Shown: piece after piece, positions 19,269 to 29,097 of the stretch
Layout: every line of letters begins with the position of its first letter
Numbering within the stretch: position 1 is the first letter of the stretch
Assembly: GCA_002709565.1 (NCBI GenBank)
Contig: PAPY01000031.1
Location: forward strand, 71 to 64,070
Source: Legionellales bacterium
GTDB lineage: Bacteria; Pseudomonadota; Gammaproteobacteria; UBA1113
DNA length: 64,000 nucleotides
Direction of reading: 5' to 3'
Program-made: the position numbers and the translations under genes
The notes under the pieces: generated by a model
Database searches by the model: none
The model's input: only the letters and a program-made list of their open reading frames with translations
What the model was told of the DNA's origin: nothing

Positions 19269-21272
19269 TTAATATTGGTTGTGTGACAATGGATTACCAT
19301 ATTTTTGTAGGTATCGCTCACCGATTATAGTTGATCCGCCATAGTTTAGATGGCTGCTCAACTTCCCTGTGAAGTATAGCGGAACCCCGTCAAAAGCTGA
19401 ATAACATTTTTTTGAATCACAAATAATTTGATTTGGGTCTATCAAAATAACTTGTGGATATTTGACTCCTAAGTCTGAGATAACTTCGCGAGTTTTTGCT
19501 TGGTATGCCATAACTTGTTCATATTGATTAGAGCAGTCTATGACAGAAACTTTGGTCACACCACAATGAATTGTAGTGCTAAAAAGAGGTGGAAAATCAT
19601 AGACTATAACTGGAGTTGCACCATTAGCAATAATATATTGGATGCTATTTTCTAAGCCTGTCTTCAAAACACTAAGATAATTGTGATCTGTTATTGTTTC
19701 GAAAGTGTAGCCTTTAGACTGCCAGGCACCGCCAAGAATGACATACTGGTATTTGTTATTTTTGATTAATTTTTTTATTGTGTCTGAGCGTTTATTTAGG
19801 TCGTGTGCTAGATTAGTTGGCTTAACTAGAGTGACCAATAAGAATGGTGAACTGCTCTGTGTTGCAACATAGCCTTTGAGATGTAGCTGTTTTAAAAACA
19901 CATTCAGCATACCCATTTCAGACATGGCATGTGAATCTCCAGTAAGCAATACGTCTATTTTTTTCCTGTCTCTATCACCAAATGAGCATTCATCTTGTTT
20001 GCCTAATCGTGAAGGGTGTTGCTGGTCAGTATGACACTTACTACTGCTCTTGATAAATCCAAAATATTCGTTATCGATAATTTGTTGGGCGGTAGTGGTT
20101 ACCTGATTAAAACCGAGATGGGGATGTTTTTTTATAGTGTAATAAAAACAAACAGACATAATGATTGGAATTATCCAAAGTAAAATAAAGGATTTGGTTA
20201 GGTTAAACTGAATTTTAAACCGGAATGGTTGTTCGATATACCTCCAGCTCATTATGGCGAGAAAGAGTGAGATTATTACAATGCTGCTTCCTACAGCAAG
20301 TCCAATAGGGACACCCAGATATGATACATATGCGATAATAGGCCAATGCCATAGGTAGAGGGAATATGAGATTAAACCGACAAATACAAGAGGTTTGCAG
20401 CTTAATATTTTATTTCCTATAGCATGGTTTTTACCTGTGGCTATAACTAATGCTGAACCTATAGTTGGCAGCAAAATATAAAGACTAGGATATGCTGCTG
20501 CAGTTAATATGCAAGTTGAATAAATAATTGCAGCGAGGCCGATTAGAGATAGTAAATGATCGATAATACGGTGTCTATGCAAAGATATTTGATATTGCCC
20601 AATGGCTAATGTAGCACCAATCAGCAATTCAAATGCCCGCGTCAAGGGTGAGTAGTAAACGAGTTGGCCATTGCTTTGGTACATGACATACGTCATCAAG
20701 GATGCAAGTGTCAATATAATTATTGCTATTAACAAAAGTTTGCGTGTTAATAGCTTACCCAGGCTTATAAGGAGGAGAGGCCAAACAAGATAGAATTGTT
20801 CCTCGACACCTAGTGACCATGTATGTAGCAGTGGTAGTACGGAGGCATCAGTAGAAAAATAACCGATATTGATGAATTGCCAAAAATAAAAATTAGCCAG
20901 TGAAGATAAAGTGGCAATTAGTGAGCCAGCATAGTTTATTAGATCTTCGGGCAATAATATAAAGTATGCAGCTATGGTTGTCGCCATGGCCATCACTATT
21001 AATGCTGGTGAGATACGCCGGATTCGCTTCAAATAAAAGTTTCTTATCGTAAATTGCTTTTTTATGGAATTCAAGTAAATATGATCGGTGATAAGGAAGC
21101 CAGAGATAACGAAAAAAATATCAACACCCAAAAATCCAGCGGGCGTAAATGTTGTCCCAAGATGATACAACAATACTAATATAACGGCAATCGCCCTCAG
21201 GCCATCAATGTCAGGACGGTATTTTCTTTTACTCAAATTGCTTGTGGTATCAGTATCTGCTTGTCGATTCAT
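19269..21272 (-). CDS. Acyltransferase-3 family membrane O-acyltransferase with C-terminal SGNH domain (OafA-like)
   Basis: N-terminal RPDIDGLRAIAVILVLLYH motif, about 10 TM helices, then a soluble domain with a GDSH-like block (LTGDSHA). 667 aa. Confidence 0.8.
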   Translation of the reverse strand: MNRQADTDTTSNLSKRKYRPDIDGLRAIAVILVLLYHLGTTFTPAGFLGVDIFFVISGFLITDHIYLNSIKKQFTIRNFYLKRIRRISPALIVMAMATTIAAYFILLPEDLINYAGSLIATLSSLANFYFWQFINIGYFSTDASVLPLLHTWSLGVEEQFYLVWPLLLISLGKLLTRKLLLIAIIILTLASLMTYVMYQSNGQLVYYSPLTRAFELLIGATLAIGQYQISLHRHRIIDHLLSLIGLAAIIYSTCILTAAAYPSLYILLPTIGSALVIATGKNHAIGNKILSCKPLVFVGLISYSLYLWHWPIIAYVSYLGVPIGLAVGSSIVIISLFLAIMSWRYIEQPFRFKIQFNLTKSFILLWIIPIIMSVCFYYTIKKHPHLGFNQVTTTAQQIIDNEYFGFIKSSSKCHTDQQHPSRLGKQDECSFGDRDRKKIDVLLTGDSHAMSEMGMLNVFLKQLHLKGYVATQSSSPFLLVTLVKPTNLAHDLNKRSDTIKKLIKNNKYQYVILGGAWQSKGYTFETITDHNYLSVLKTGLENSIQYIIANGATPVIVYDFPPLFSTTIHCGVTKVSVIDCSNQYEQVMAYQAKTREVISDLGVKYPQVILIDPNQIICDSKKCYSAFDGVPLYFTGKLSSHLNYGGSTIIGERYLQKYGNPLSHNQY

Positions 21273-21274
21273 TA

Positions 21275-22705
21275 TTAGCTCGCTAGCTCATTTTTTTGAT
21301 GCCAATAGAGTGTTCTTCCACTCTTAGTGATGATTTCTTTTTTGATGATTTTTGTATGTTGGCTGAGTATTAATTCAAAATTATCTTGATTATAATCAGC
21401 AAAAATATCTTTACGTAGTGCAAGCATTTTGATAACAGTGATGTCTTCTTTAGGAATGAACTCAATAATACCCTGAGGAGCTATATTCAATAACCACTGA
21501 ACTAGCTGAGCTAAAGGGATATTTTTCGCAACGGCTAAATGATGAATGAAAGCTAAAGCAATCATCGCGTCTGCTTTAGCACGCTTATTGAATCCACAGC
21601 GTTCGGATTGTAACCAGCCCTGGGCAGGGCTAGGATTCGCTGCATCGAGGAATAATGGCAAAAATGGCTTAGCCAAGGTTTTCGACCGTTGATAGGCAAG
21701 CTCCAAAGAAGTTTGATCAAAGTCAAAGCCAACCACAGACTCGGCCCCATGCTCGAGGGAAATTATGGAATAGTCACCCGTATTACAGCCTAAGTCGATT
21801 AATAGCTCAGGTTTGATTGTACTTGTAAATTCGGCAATAAATTGTTTTTTCTTGATAGCTTCATCGCTATCGTAGATGTTGGTATGAGCATATCTACCCC
21901 AGTAAGTCTTACTGTTGCCTTTAGGCTCGAGGCGACTCACCCATTTGCGCATTTGTCTCAGTAGACCTTCATAAGCAAGTTTAGAAAAGCCTTTTTGGCT
22001 GCTTGCTTTGGTCATTGCGTTGTCTTCATTCTTGATGGCTACTTTGTCAAAGTAGTTCTGTAGCAAGATATGGGTGAAGATTTTCCAGTTGAATTTTTTG
22101 CGCAATGGTAACATCAGCGCAATATCAGATGTTGGCACGCCTTCAAGGTTGCCACGGAACCAACTGTTATGGGTAATGCCTAAAATAGATCGTAATAATA
22201 AGGGATTGAGAAATTGCGTACAAAACTGACGATAGCCCAGCCAGTATTCGCCTTGTTGGTAGGACGCTAACGATAATAAGTCAATGAATACTGGTTTCGC
22301 ACCAATGAATTGAATGTTATAAGCACTGGCATCTTTTAAGACGACGTCGTTTTGCAATAGATACAATTGGAAATCAATATGATGCAGTGCCGCGTCTTTT
22401 AATTGATAGAAGCACCATTCATAAGGATAAGAAACATAAGGTACTCGCTCATGCTCTAATATGTATGCCGTATTGGCTTCTTGTGAAGGCCACTCCTCGC
22501 GCTCTAATTCTTTGGTTGGAATGAGAAAATTTTTTTCGATTGCCTGCTGGTACACAGATGGTGGGATTGTTTCATATTGCTCGCGGCCAGCTTCTTGGAC
22601 AAAGCGGTATATTCTATCATTTCCTTCATAGATATATCCCATAGGGTCTCTAAATGAGCCGGTATTTTTGTGGATAGCTTGCGATGAGTCTGTTACCTCT
22701 ATCAT
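21275..22705 (-). CDS. Two-domain protein with a C-terminal class I SAM-dependent methyltransferase
   Basis: IDLGCNTGDYS...VVGFDFD motif I / acidic motif II in the C-terminal half. The N-terminal ~250 aa is of unknown function. Confidence 0.6.
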   Translation of the reverse strand: MIEVTDSSQAIHKNTGSFRDPMGYIYEGNDRIYRFVQEAGREQYETIPPSVYQQAIEKNFLIPTKELEREEWPSQEANTAYILEHERVPYVSYPYEWCFYQLKDAALHHIDFQLYLLQNDVVLKDASAYNIQFIGAKPVFIDLLSLASYQQGEYWLGYRQFCTQFLNPLLLRSILGITHNSWFRGNLEGVPTSDIALMLPLRKKFNWKIFTHILLQNYFDKVAIKNEDNAMTKASSQKGFSKLAYEGLLRQMRKWVSRLEPKGNSKTYWGRYAHTNIYDSDEAIKKKQFIAEFTSTIKPELLIDLGCNTGDYSIISLEHGAESVVGFDFDQTSLELAYQRSKTLAKPFLPLFLDAANPSPAQGWLQSERCGFNKRAKADAMIALAFIHHLAVAKNIPLAQLVQWLLNIAPQGIIEFIPKEDITVIKMLALRKDIFADYNQDNFELILSQHTKIIKKEIITKSGRTLYWHQKNELAS

Positions 22706-22708
22706 AAT

Positions 22709-23998
22709 TTACACCTTTGCCACTCCGTAAACCAAGATACCGTAAATGATGTAACTCAAAACCCAAGCAATGGCGAGTGCGCACAAGAATATTATAAAAT
22801 TTCCACTCAAATACCCTATTCCAATGGCGCCAGCAGTCATTACTAAATAGAGAATTTGCCACAATGAGCAAATTTCATTGCGGCCCACGACGCCGAAGAT
22901 ATTGGTGAGAGGAGAGACGCAAAACGCCGCAACAATGGCCGGAGCAATAATTGCTAAGACGAGACTGCTGTGATTCCAATTAGCACCAAACAGCCAGGGT
23001 AAGAAGGGTGCAATGGCATACATACCTATCAGGTATGCTCCACCCATGCTCCCGAGCAGTAAAAAACTTTTTTTGACCAAGGGTTGCAAAGATTGCTGGG
23101 CGCGAAAGCAATCAGCAAAACGTTTTAGCAGTAATTGTGATAAGACTGTTGCAAGTAAGCCCGTCGGTATTTGAAAAACCCGATTCACTAGAAAATAAAT
23201 CCCAGCATAGGTTTGGCCGAACAGTATACCGATAAAGAATACCGGGACCCAAGCGGCCGCCGAGTCCAATACTGACGTCCAACTGGAGTGGAGTGGAAAT
23301 TTATAATATTTCTTTAGCAAACTGGGACCGAGTTTAAGCGCTGCCTTCGAGAATTCGACATTACCCAGTGCTTTGTACATTAAGTATAAGGCGTTACACA
23401 CTAAGCCAATCAAATAGCCTGCAATTAGAGCGATGGCTGCTTGGGGAATAACAAAAATCAATGCTAACTGTGCCGCGATCATCGTGATATTTTGAATGAT
23501 TTTGCCGTGGGCCACCAAACCAACCCTGTCTTGATGAATACAGTGTAAACGCAGAATTTGGCAAATTCCTTGCAGGATAAAGATCCCAAACAAGCAATAC
23601 AGCATGGTGCTGTCAATCGCTAAATAGGCATTTAACAGATCATGAAACAACCATAATAGGCCGGTGATAACAAAACTTGAGGCAATGACAATCAGTCCGC
23701 TAACCAACAATAAGCAAGATGCTTGTTGCTCGTTTTCGGTTAAGGGAATTGCAAACTCTAAGCGTAAACTAGCTGCCGGTAGCAACAGCGCCGCAAATGC
23801 CATGACATAACCCAGTTGCGCAAAGGCGTCTGGTGGGTACAAGCGCGTCAAAATCGGAGTACTCAAGATCAAGAGCAATTGTGCAATGATATAACCTAGG
23901 GTAATGCCGGAGGCCTTTTTGAGTAATTGTGAATGCCTTGCCTGCTTGAGATAGCATGACAACGTTGACGTGAGGGTTTTTGTTTGGCTTGCATCCAC
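22709..23998 (-). CDS. PST-family polysaccharide biosynthesis membrane protein (second Wzx-like flippase)
   Basis: 429 aa, multi-TM, with PST-like N-terminal segments. Confidence 0.55.
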   Translation of the reverse strand: MDASQTKTLTSTLSCYLKQARHSQLLKKASGITLGYIIAQLLLILSTPILTRLYPPDAFAQLGYVMAFAALLLPAASLRLEFAIPLTENEQQASCLLLVSGLIVIASSFVITGLLWLFHDLLNAYLAIDSTMLYCLFGIFILQGICQILRLHCIHQDRVGLVAHGKIIQNITMIAAQLALIFVIPQAAIALIAGYLIGLVCNALYLMYKALGNVEFSKAALKLGPSLLKKYYKFPLHSSWTSVLDSAAAWVPVFFIGILFGQTYAGIYFLVNRVFQIPTGLLATVLSQLLLKRFADCFRAQQSLQPLVKKSFLLLGSMGGAYLIGMYAIAPFLPWLFGANWNHSSLVLAIIAPAIVAAFCVSPLTNIFGVVGRNEICSLWQILYLVMTAGAIGIGYLSGNFIIFLCALAIAWVLSYIIYGILVYGVAKV

Positions 23999-24003
23999 GT
24001 GTT

Positions 24004-24252
24004 TTATTGGGCCTCTGGTTTTGCGAGGTTGCGTTTAAAGATGTTATCGGAATTGAGCCAATTGCTGATTTTAAACCATGCCCGCTCATGCAAGTAATAG
24101 AGAAATATCTTAACAATAACTTCAAGTGAGCCAATCGTAATAGCAAAACTGACTTTGCGCACGACGATATAGCTAATAACAATCGTTGTTAGTGTGGCGA
24201 AAGTTCGCCAACTGATGGCTTTAATAACACTGATTTTTCGAGATTGGCTCAT
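24004..24252 (-). CDS. DUF2061-type small membrane protein
   Basis: 82 aa with two TM segments. Proteins of this kind are commonly found next to APS kinase/sulfurylase genes, as here. Confidence 0.5.
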   Translation of the reverse strand: MSQSRKISVIKAISWRTFATLTTIVISYIVVRKVSFAITIGSLEVIVKIFLYYLHERAWFKISNWLNSDNIFKRNLAKPEAQ

Positions 24253-24267
24253 TATTTGTTGTCTCCT

Positions 24268-25980
24268 TTATAATTCATTCAGCGGTGAACTAAGACTACC
24301 GAGTATGGCCGCTGATTTAATATGATTTGTGATAGGGGTTTCAGTTTCAATCGCGTCAATATATCCCATATGTACTAGGGTGTTAATCACCGTGTCGACA
24401 GCTTCTAGCGGTGTTACGGTGCTGGTGTCTATTTGTAACTCTGGTTTGATAGGTGCTTCGTAAGGATCATCGATACCAGTGAAGTCTTTAATCAGGCCGG
24501 CTCGTGCCTTACGGTAGAGACCTTTCGGATCTCGCTCCTCACAGGCGGCGAGCGGTGTTGATAGATAAACTTCAATAAAACCACCGTATTGTTCGATGTG
24601 CTCTCTGACATAACGTCGGGTATCGGCATACGGTGCGATAGGGGCACAGATAGCGATGCCATGATTCTTTGTGATCTCAGATGCCACAAAACCGATGCGT
24701 TTTACATTAGCATCCCTATCTTCTCTCGAGAAGCCAAGACCCTTGGATAAATTTAATCGGACTAAATCACCATCCAGTAATGTCACCGGACGGCCCGTGT
24801 TTTCCATTAATTTTGATTTTAGTAATTTAGCAATGGTGGATTTGCCTGCGCCGGATAGCCCGGTGAGGAATAGACAAAATCCTTGGCGGCGTTTGGGCGG
24901 GAAGCGTTCCCGTAAGATATCGATGACTTCAGGGAATGAAAACCATTCAGGAATATCTTGACCTGTCTCCAGACGCTGCTTAAGTTCTCTTTCGCTAATT
25001 TGTGTATTAGTGCTTTCAGTCTTGCTGCGCTTGACGAGGATAACGTTAATGCCTAACTCATCGTTATACTGTTGCAGTAATGATGCAATTTGTGTTTTTT
25101 CTTCACCAGCAAGCGTTTGCTCATCAATAATAAAATCACTACAGCCGTAATTTTTGCGAATGATGGCATGCCAGAGTGCTTCTCGGGCACCGGCCATGCG
25201 CACCGCCAATGGCAATAGACTTAATAGCGCACTATGTTGTGGATAATGTTTGAGTGCTTGCTTGTAGCATTTTACCCGGGTGTAATGATCGATATCAGTA
25301 GTAGCGCTGATGCCAACACCGGGTTGAATCAATAATAGTGCATCGAGTTCATTAGCTATTTTGGTCGTTAAGTCATAATCGGTTTGATGAATGGGTCTGC
25401 ACGTATGAAATCCTACGACCCTTTGTGCGCCAATCATTGTAAAATAAGTTTGTAATTCATGGGGTGTGTTGCGTAACTCAATGAAATCAGGTGTCTTCGG
25501 CAATTGTACACTGAGTAGTTTGCCGCCGACATAAGTATCGCCGGTATAGTGATTGAGACGAAAAACGCCGGGGTGGCTTTCATCGGTAGTGCCATAAAGA
25601 TGCTGTGCTTCACGGACCTTATCGGGTTGCCAACAATCACTGACCTGCATGATGGCGAGTAGGAGGCCTTCTTGATTGCGTAGTGCTATGTAACTGTCAA
25701 TGGTTATGTCCTTGGCAAATACTGCCGTCACATCCAGTGTCACTGGCATTGGCCAGAATAGACCATTGGTTAAACGCATATCGGTTAGGACGGACCCATA
25801 ATCAGCTTTGGTCAGGAAACCGTCGAGGGGGGAGAAGCCGCCACTCATTAGCAGCTTGATGTCGCAGAGTTGCCAGTCGGTTAAATACCAGGATGGCATT
25901 TCTTGTAATGCAGGTTTCCAGTCTTCTACTTCTGCGATAGAAAGGAAACTGTCCTTTAACTGACCACCATGTGCCTGCAT
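24268..25980 (-). CDS. Bifunctional sulfate adenylyltransferase (Sat-type ATP sulfurylase) / adenylylsulfate kinase (CysC)
   Basis: The C-terminal APS-kinase Walker A sits in CLFLTGLSGAGKSTIAKLL. The N-terminal ~380 aa has an ATP-sulfurylase-like layout. The likely start is MQAHGGQ (25980); the ORF track extends to 26073. Confidence 0.75.
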   Translation of the reverse strand: MQAHGGQLKDSFLSIAEVEDWKPALQEMPSWYLTDWQLCDIKLLMSGGFSPLDGFLTKADYGSVLTDMRLTNGLFWPMPVTLDVTAVFAKDITIDSYIALRNQEGLLLAIMQVSDCWQPDKVREAQHLYGTTDESHPGVFRLNHYTGDTYVGGKLLSVQLPKTPDFIELRNTPHELQTYFTMIGAQRVVGFHTCRPIHQTDYDLTTKIANELDALLLIQPGVGISATTDIDHYTRVKCYKQALKHYPQHSALLSLLPLAVRMAGAREALWHAIIRKNYGCSDFIIDEQTLAGEEKTQIASLLQQYNDELGINVILVKRSKTESTNTQISERELKQRLETGQDIPEWFSFPEVIDILRERFPPKRRQGFCLFLTGLSGAGKSTIAKLLKSKLMENTGRPVTLLDGDLVRLNLSKGLGFSREDRDANVKRIGFVASEITKNHGIAICAPIAPYADTRRYVREHIEQYGGFIEVYLSTPLAACEERDPKGLYRKARAGLIKDFTGIDDPYEAPIKPELQIDTSTVTPLEAVDTVINTLVHMGYIDAIETETPITNHIKSAAILGSLSSPLNEL

Positions 25981-26173
25981 GTTGCTGACTCCCGCATTAA
26001 ATCTAAAGAGGGAGCATTCTACCCATGGCCGGCACTGTATTGCAAGATTTGTAAGCAAAGAAAGACAAAGCATTGGTCAGTATGTAACCGCAAGGATGCT
26101 TTGCATTACCTAGCAGAGTTGTTCATAATATCCCCCCTCTTTTGAGTTATATTAATGCCTTTTTATTGGAGAT

Positions 26174-27079
26174 GTGCCCGTGACGAGAAGCCACTTACAA
26201 AAACTCGAGGACGAGAGTATCCATATCATGCGCGAAGTTGTGGCCCAAGCCGAACGTCCGGCGATGTTGTACTCTATCGGCAAAGATAGTTCTGTCATGC
26301 TGCACTTAGCCATGAAGGCATTTTATCCTGCTAAGCCCCCTTTCCCCTTGGTTCATGTTGATACAACCTGGAAGTTCCGCGAAATGATCCAGTTTCGTGA
26401 TAATACGGCGAAGGATTTAGGCCTTGAGTTGTTGGTGCATACCAACCCTGAGGGGGTGGCTGAAGGTATTGGACCATTTAGTCATGGCTCGGAACATCAT
26501 ACTCGGGTGATGAAAACCGAAGCGCTTAAGCAAGCGCTAGACAAATACCAATTTGATGCGGTGTTTGGTGGAGCCCGTCGGGATGAAGAAAAATCCCGCG
26601 CTAAAGAGCGCGTATTTTCGTTCCGCGACAAACATCATCGTTGGGACCCCAAGAATCAACGTCCCGAATTATGGGGCCTTTACAATGCCTACAAACACAA
26701 GGGGGAAAGCATTCGCGTTTTTCCGTTATCGAATTGGACAGAGTTAGATATTTGGCAGTATATCTATCAAGAAAATATTCCTATTGTACCCTTGTATCTT
26801 GCCGAAGAACGCCCGGTGGTAGAGCGTGACGGTACACTCATCATGGTGGATGATGAACGTATGCCATTACAAGCCGACGAACAAGCACAAATGCGCAGGG
26901 TACGTTTTCGTACCTTAGGGTGTTATCCCTTAACCGGTGCTATCGAGTCACAAGCTAGTACTATCCCGATGATTATCGAAGAAATGTTATTAAGCACATC
27001 CTCTGAGCGACAAGGACGTGTTATTGATAATGATGCCAATGCATCAATGGAGCAGAAAAAACAAGAGGGGTATTTCTAG
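26174..27079 (+). CDS. cysD: Sulfate adenylyltransferase subunit 2
   Basis: Near-identity of the motif series to CysD (LEAESIHIxREV, [35 protein letters not shown]). Confidence 0.9.
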   Translation: MPVTRSHLQKLEDESIHIMREVVAQAERPAMLYSIGKDSSVMLHLAMKAFYPAKPPFPLVHVDTTWKFREMIQFRDNTAKDLGLELLVHTNPEGVAEGIGPFSHGSEHHTRVMKTEALKQALDKYQFDAVFGGARRDEEKSRAKERVFSFRDKHHRWDPKNQRPELWGLYNAYKHKGESIRVFPLSNWTELDIWQYIYQENIPIVPLYLAEERPVVERDGTLIMVDDERMPLQADEQAQMRRVRFRTLGCYPLTGAIESQASTIPMIIEEMLLSTSSERQGRVIDNDANASMEQKKQEGYF

Positions 27080-28983
27080 TGTTTACAACCGATGCATTAC
27101 CAGCGCAAACTGACATTGATGATTACCTCAAATCACAGAACAATAAATCCTTATTGCGATTTCTGACCTGTGGTTCTGTGGATGATGGTAAGTCTACCTT
27201 AATTGGGCGTCTGCTCTATGAATCAAAAATGATTTATGACGATCAATTAAGTGCTTTGCATAAAGATAGCAAAAAGTTCGGCACCACTGGTGAGGGTTTG
27301 GATTTTGCGTTATTGGTGGATGGTTTAAGTGCTGAACGCGAGCAAGGGATCACTATCGATGTTGCGTATCGTTATTTTTCGACGGACAAACGCAAATTTA
27401 TTGTTATCGACACCCCTGGACATGAACAATATACCCGCAATATGGCAACCGGTGCATCCCATGCTGATTTGGCGGTGGTGATGATTGATGCACGCAAAGG
27501 CGTGTTACCACAAACTAAACGCCATAGTTATATCGCGCACTTGTTGGGCATAAAACATATTGTGTTGGCCGTCAACAAAATGGATTTGGTGGAGTATAGC
27601 GAGGCGCGTTTTAGTGAAATTTGGCAAGATTATTTGGCCTTTGCTGAGTCATTGAATGTAGAAAATATTCATGCCATTCCGTTATCGGCATTGCAAGGCG
27701 ATAATTTAGTGACTGCATCTAGCAATATGCCTTGGTACGAAGGGCCAAGTTTGATGAGCTACTTAGAGACGGTACAAATCAATGCGGCAACACAATCATT
27801 GCCATTTACGATGCCGATACAATGGGTTAATCGCCCCAATTTGGACTTTCGCGGTTTTACCGGAAGAGTGGCTTCTGGCAATCTGCACCCAGGGGATGCA
27901 ATTAGTATTTTACCCAGCAATAGACATGCAACCGTTGAACGTATTGTTACTTACGATGGTGATTTAACCGAGGCACAAGCGGGGCAATCCATTACTTGCG
28001 TACTCACAGAAGAGATTGATGTTTCGCGGGGCGATGTGTTTGTGACACAAGACTCACACTGCCATGTGAGTGATGAATTCACGGCTGAAATCTTATGGAT
28101 GTCAGAAAAGCCATTTATTCCCGGTCGACAATACTTACTGCGCCAAGGGACAACCCATGCATTGTGTACACCGAGCAAACCAACCTACCGAGTTAACATT
28201 CATAGCTTGGTTCATGAAGCTGCCGAGGACTTATCACTGAATGAAATAGGTTGTTGTGAAATATTGCTCAACAGAGCGATTGCTTTTGCGCCCTATCGAA
28301 CAAATCCTGGACTCGGGAGCTTTATTTTAATTGACAGGGCTACTAACGCGACAGTGGCGGCAGGTTTTATCCAGTCCAGTGAGAGCCACTTGGCGAATGT
28401 TAAATCGCAACCCTTGTTAGTAGATAAACAAGCCCGCTCAGGAATCAAGCCTCACAAGCCGGCGATCTTATGGTTAACTGGTTTGTTCTGTGCCGGTAAA
28501 TCGACTATCGCCAATTTGGTAGAATTAAAAATGAATCAGCAAGGCATACACACGATGTTGCTTGATGGTGACAATATTCGCCGTGGCCTGAATCGGGATT
28601 TAGGTTTTAGTGAAGCCAATCGAGTTGAAAACATTCGCCGAATTGCTGAAGTTGCTGATTTGATGTCGGAGGCGGGTTTAATATGTCTGGTGTCGTTTAT
28701 TTCGCCTTTTGCGGCGGAACGGCAAATGGCAAGAACCCTTATCGGCGATGAGCAATTTGTTGAGATCTATGTCAAAACGCCACTCGAGGTTGCGGAACAG
28801 CGCGATACAGAAGGCTTGTACAAAAAAGCCCGGGCCGGGGTAATTGAAGACTTCACCGGGATCAATAGCCCCTATGAGGAACCTGAGTCACCCGAGCTTA
28901 TTATTGATACGACTGAACTCAGTCCCGAGGAGAGCGCTCAAGTTATCATTAACTATCTGAAACAGAAAGGAATTACCTACTAA
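27079..28983 (+). CDS. cysN: Bifunctional sulfate adenylyltransferase subunit 1 (CysN GTPase) / adenylylsulfate kinase (CysC)
   Basis: GTPase G1 motif GSVDDGKSTLIGRLL at the N-terminus. APS-kinase P-loop LWLTGLFCAGKST in the C-terminal ~200 aa. Its start overlaps the cysD stop. Confidence 0.9.
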   Translation: MFTTDALPAQTDIDDYLKSQNNKSLLRFLTCGSVDDGKSTLIGRLLYESKMIYDDQLSALHKDSKKFGTTGEGLDFALLVDGLSAEREQGITIDVAYRYFSTDKRKFIVIDTPGHEQYTRNMATGASHADLAVVMIDARKGVLPQTKRHSYIAHLLGIKHIVLAVNKMDLVEYSEARFSEIWQDYLAFAESLNVENIHAIPLSALQGDNLVTASSNMPWYEGPSLMSYLETVQINAATQSLPFTMPIQWVNRPNLDFRGFTGRVASGNLHPGDAISILPSNRHATVERIVTYDGDLTEAQAGQSITCVLTEEIDVSRGDVFVTQDSHCHVSDEFTAEILWMSEKPFIPGRQYLLRQGTTHALCTPSKPTYRVNIHSLVHEAAEDLSLNEIGCCEILLNRAIAFAPYRTNPGLGSFILIDRATNATVAAGFIQSSESHLANVKSQPLLVDKQARSGIKPHKPAILWLTGLFCAGKSTIANLVELKMNQQGIHTMLLDGDNIRRGLNRDLGFSEANRVENIRRIAEVADLMSEAGLICLVSFISPFAAERQMARTLIGDEQFVEIYVKTPLEVAEQRDTEGLYKKARAGVIEDFTGINSPYEEPESPELIIDTTELSPEESAQVIINYLKQKGITY

Positions 28984-29097
28984 TTCCTGGGTGCGGGCGG
29001 CTGAGGTACAATAAGGACAAAAATTTATCAGTTTTTATCCATTTCTAGCAAACTATGGTAGAATCAGCCTCCTTATGAAAGACAGAGTGATGATTCG

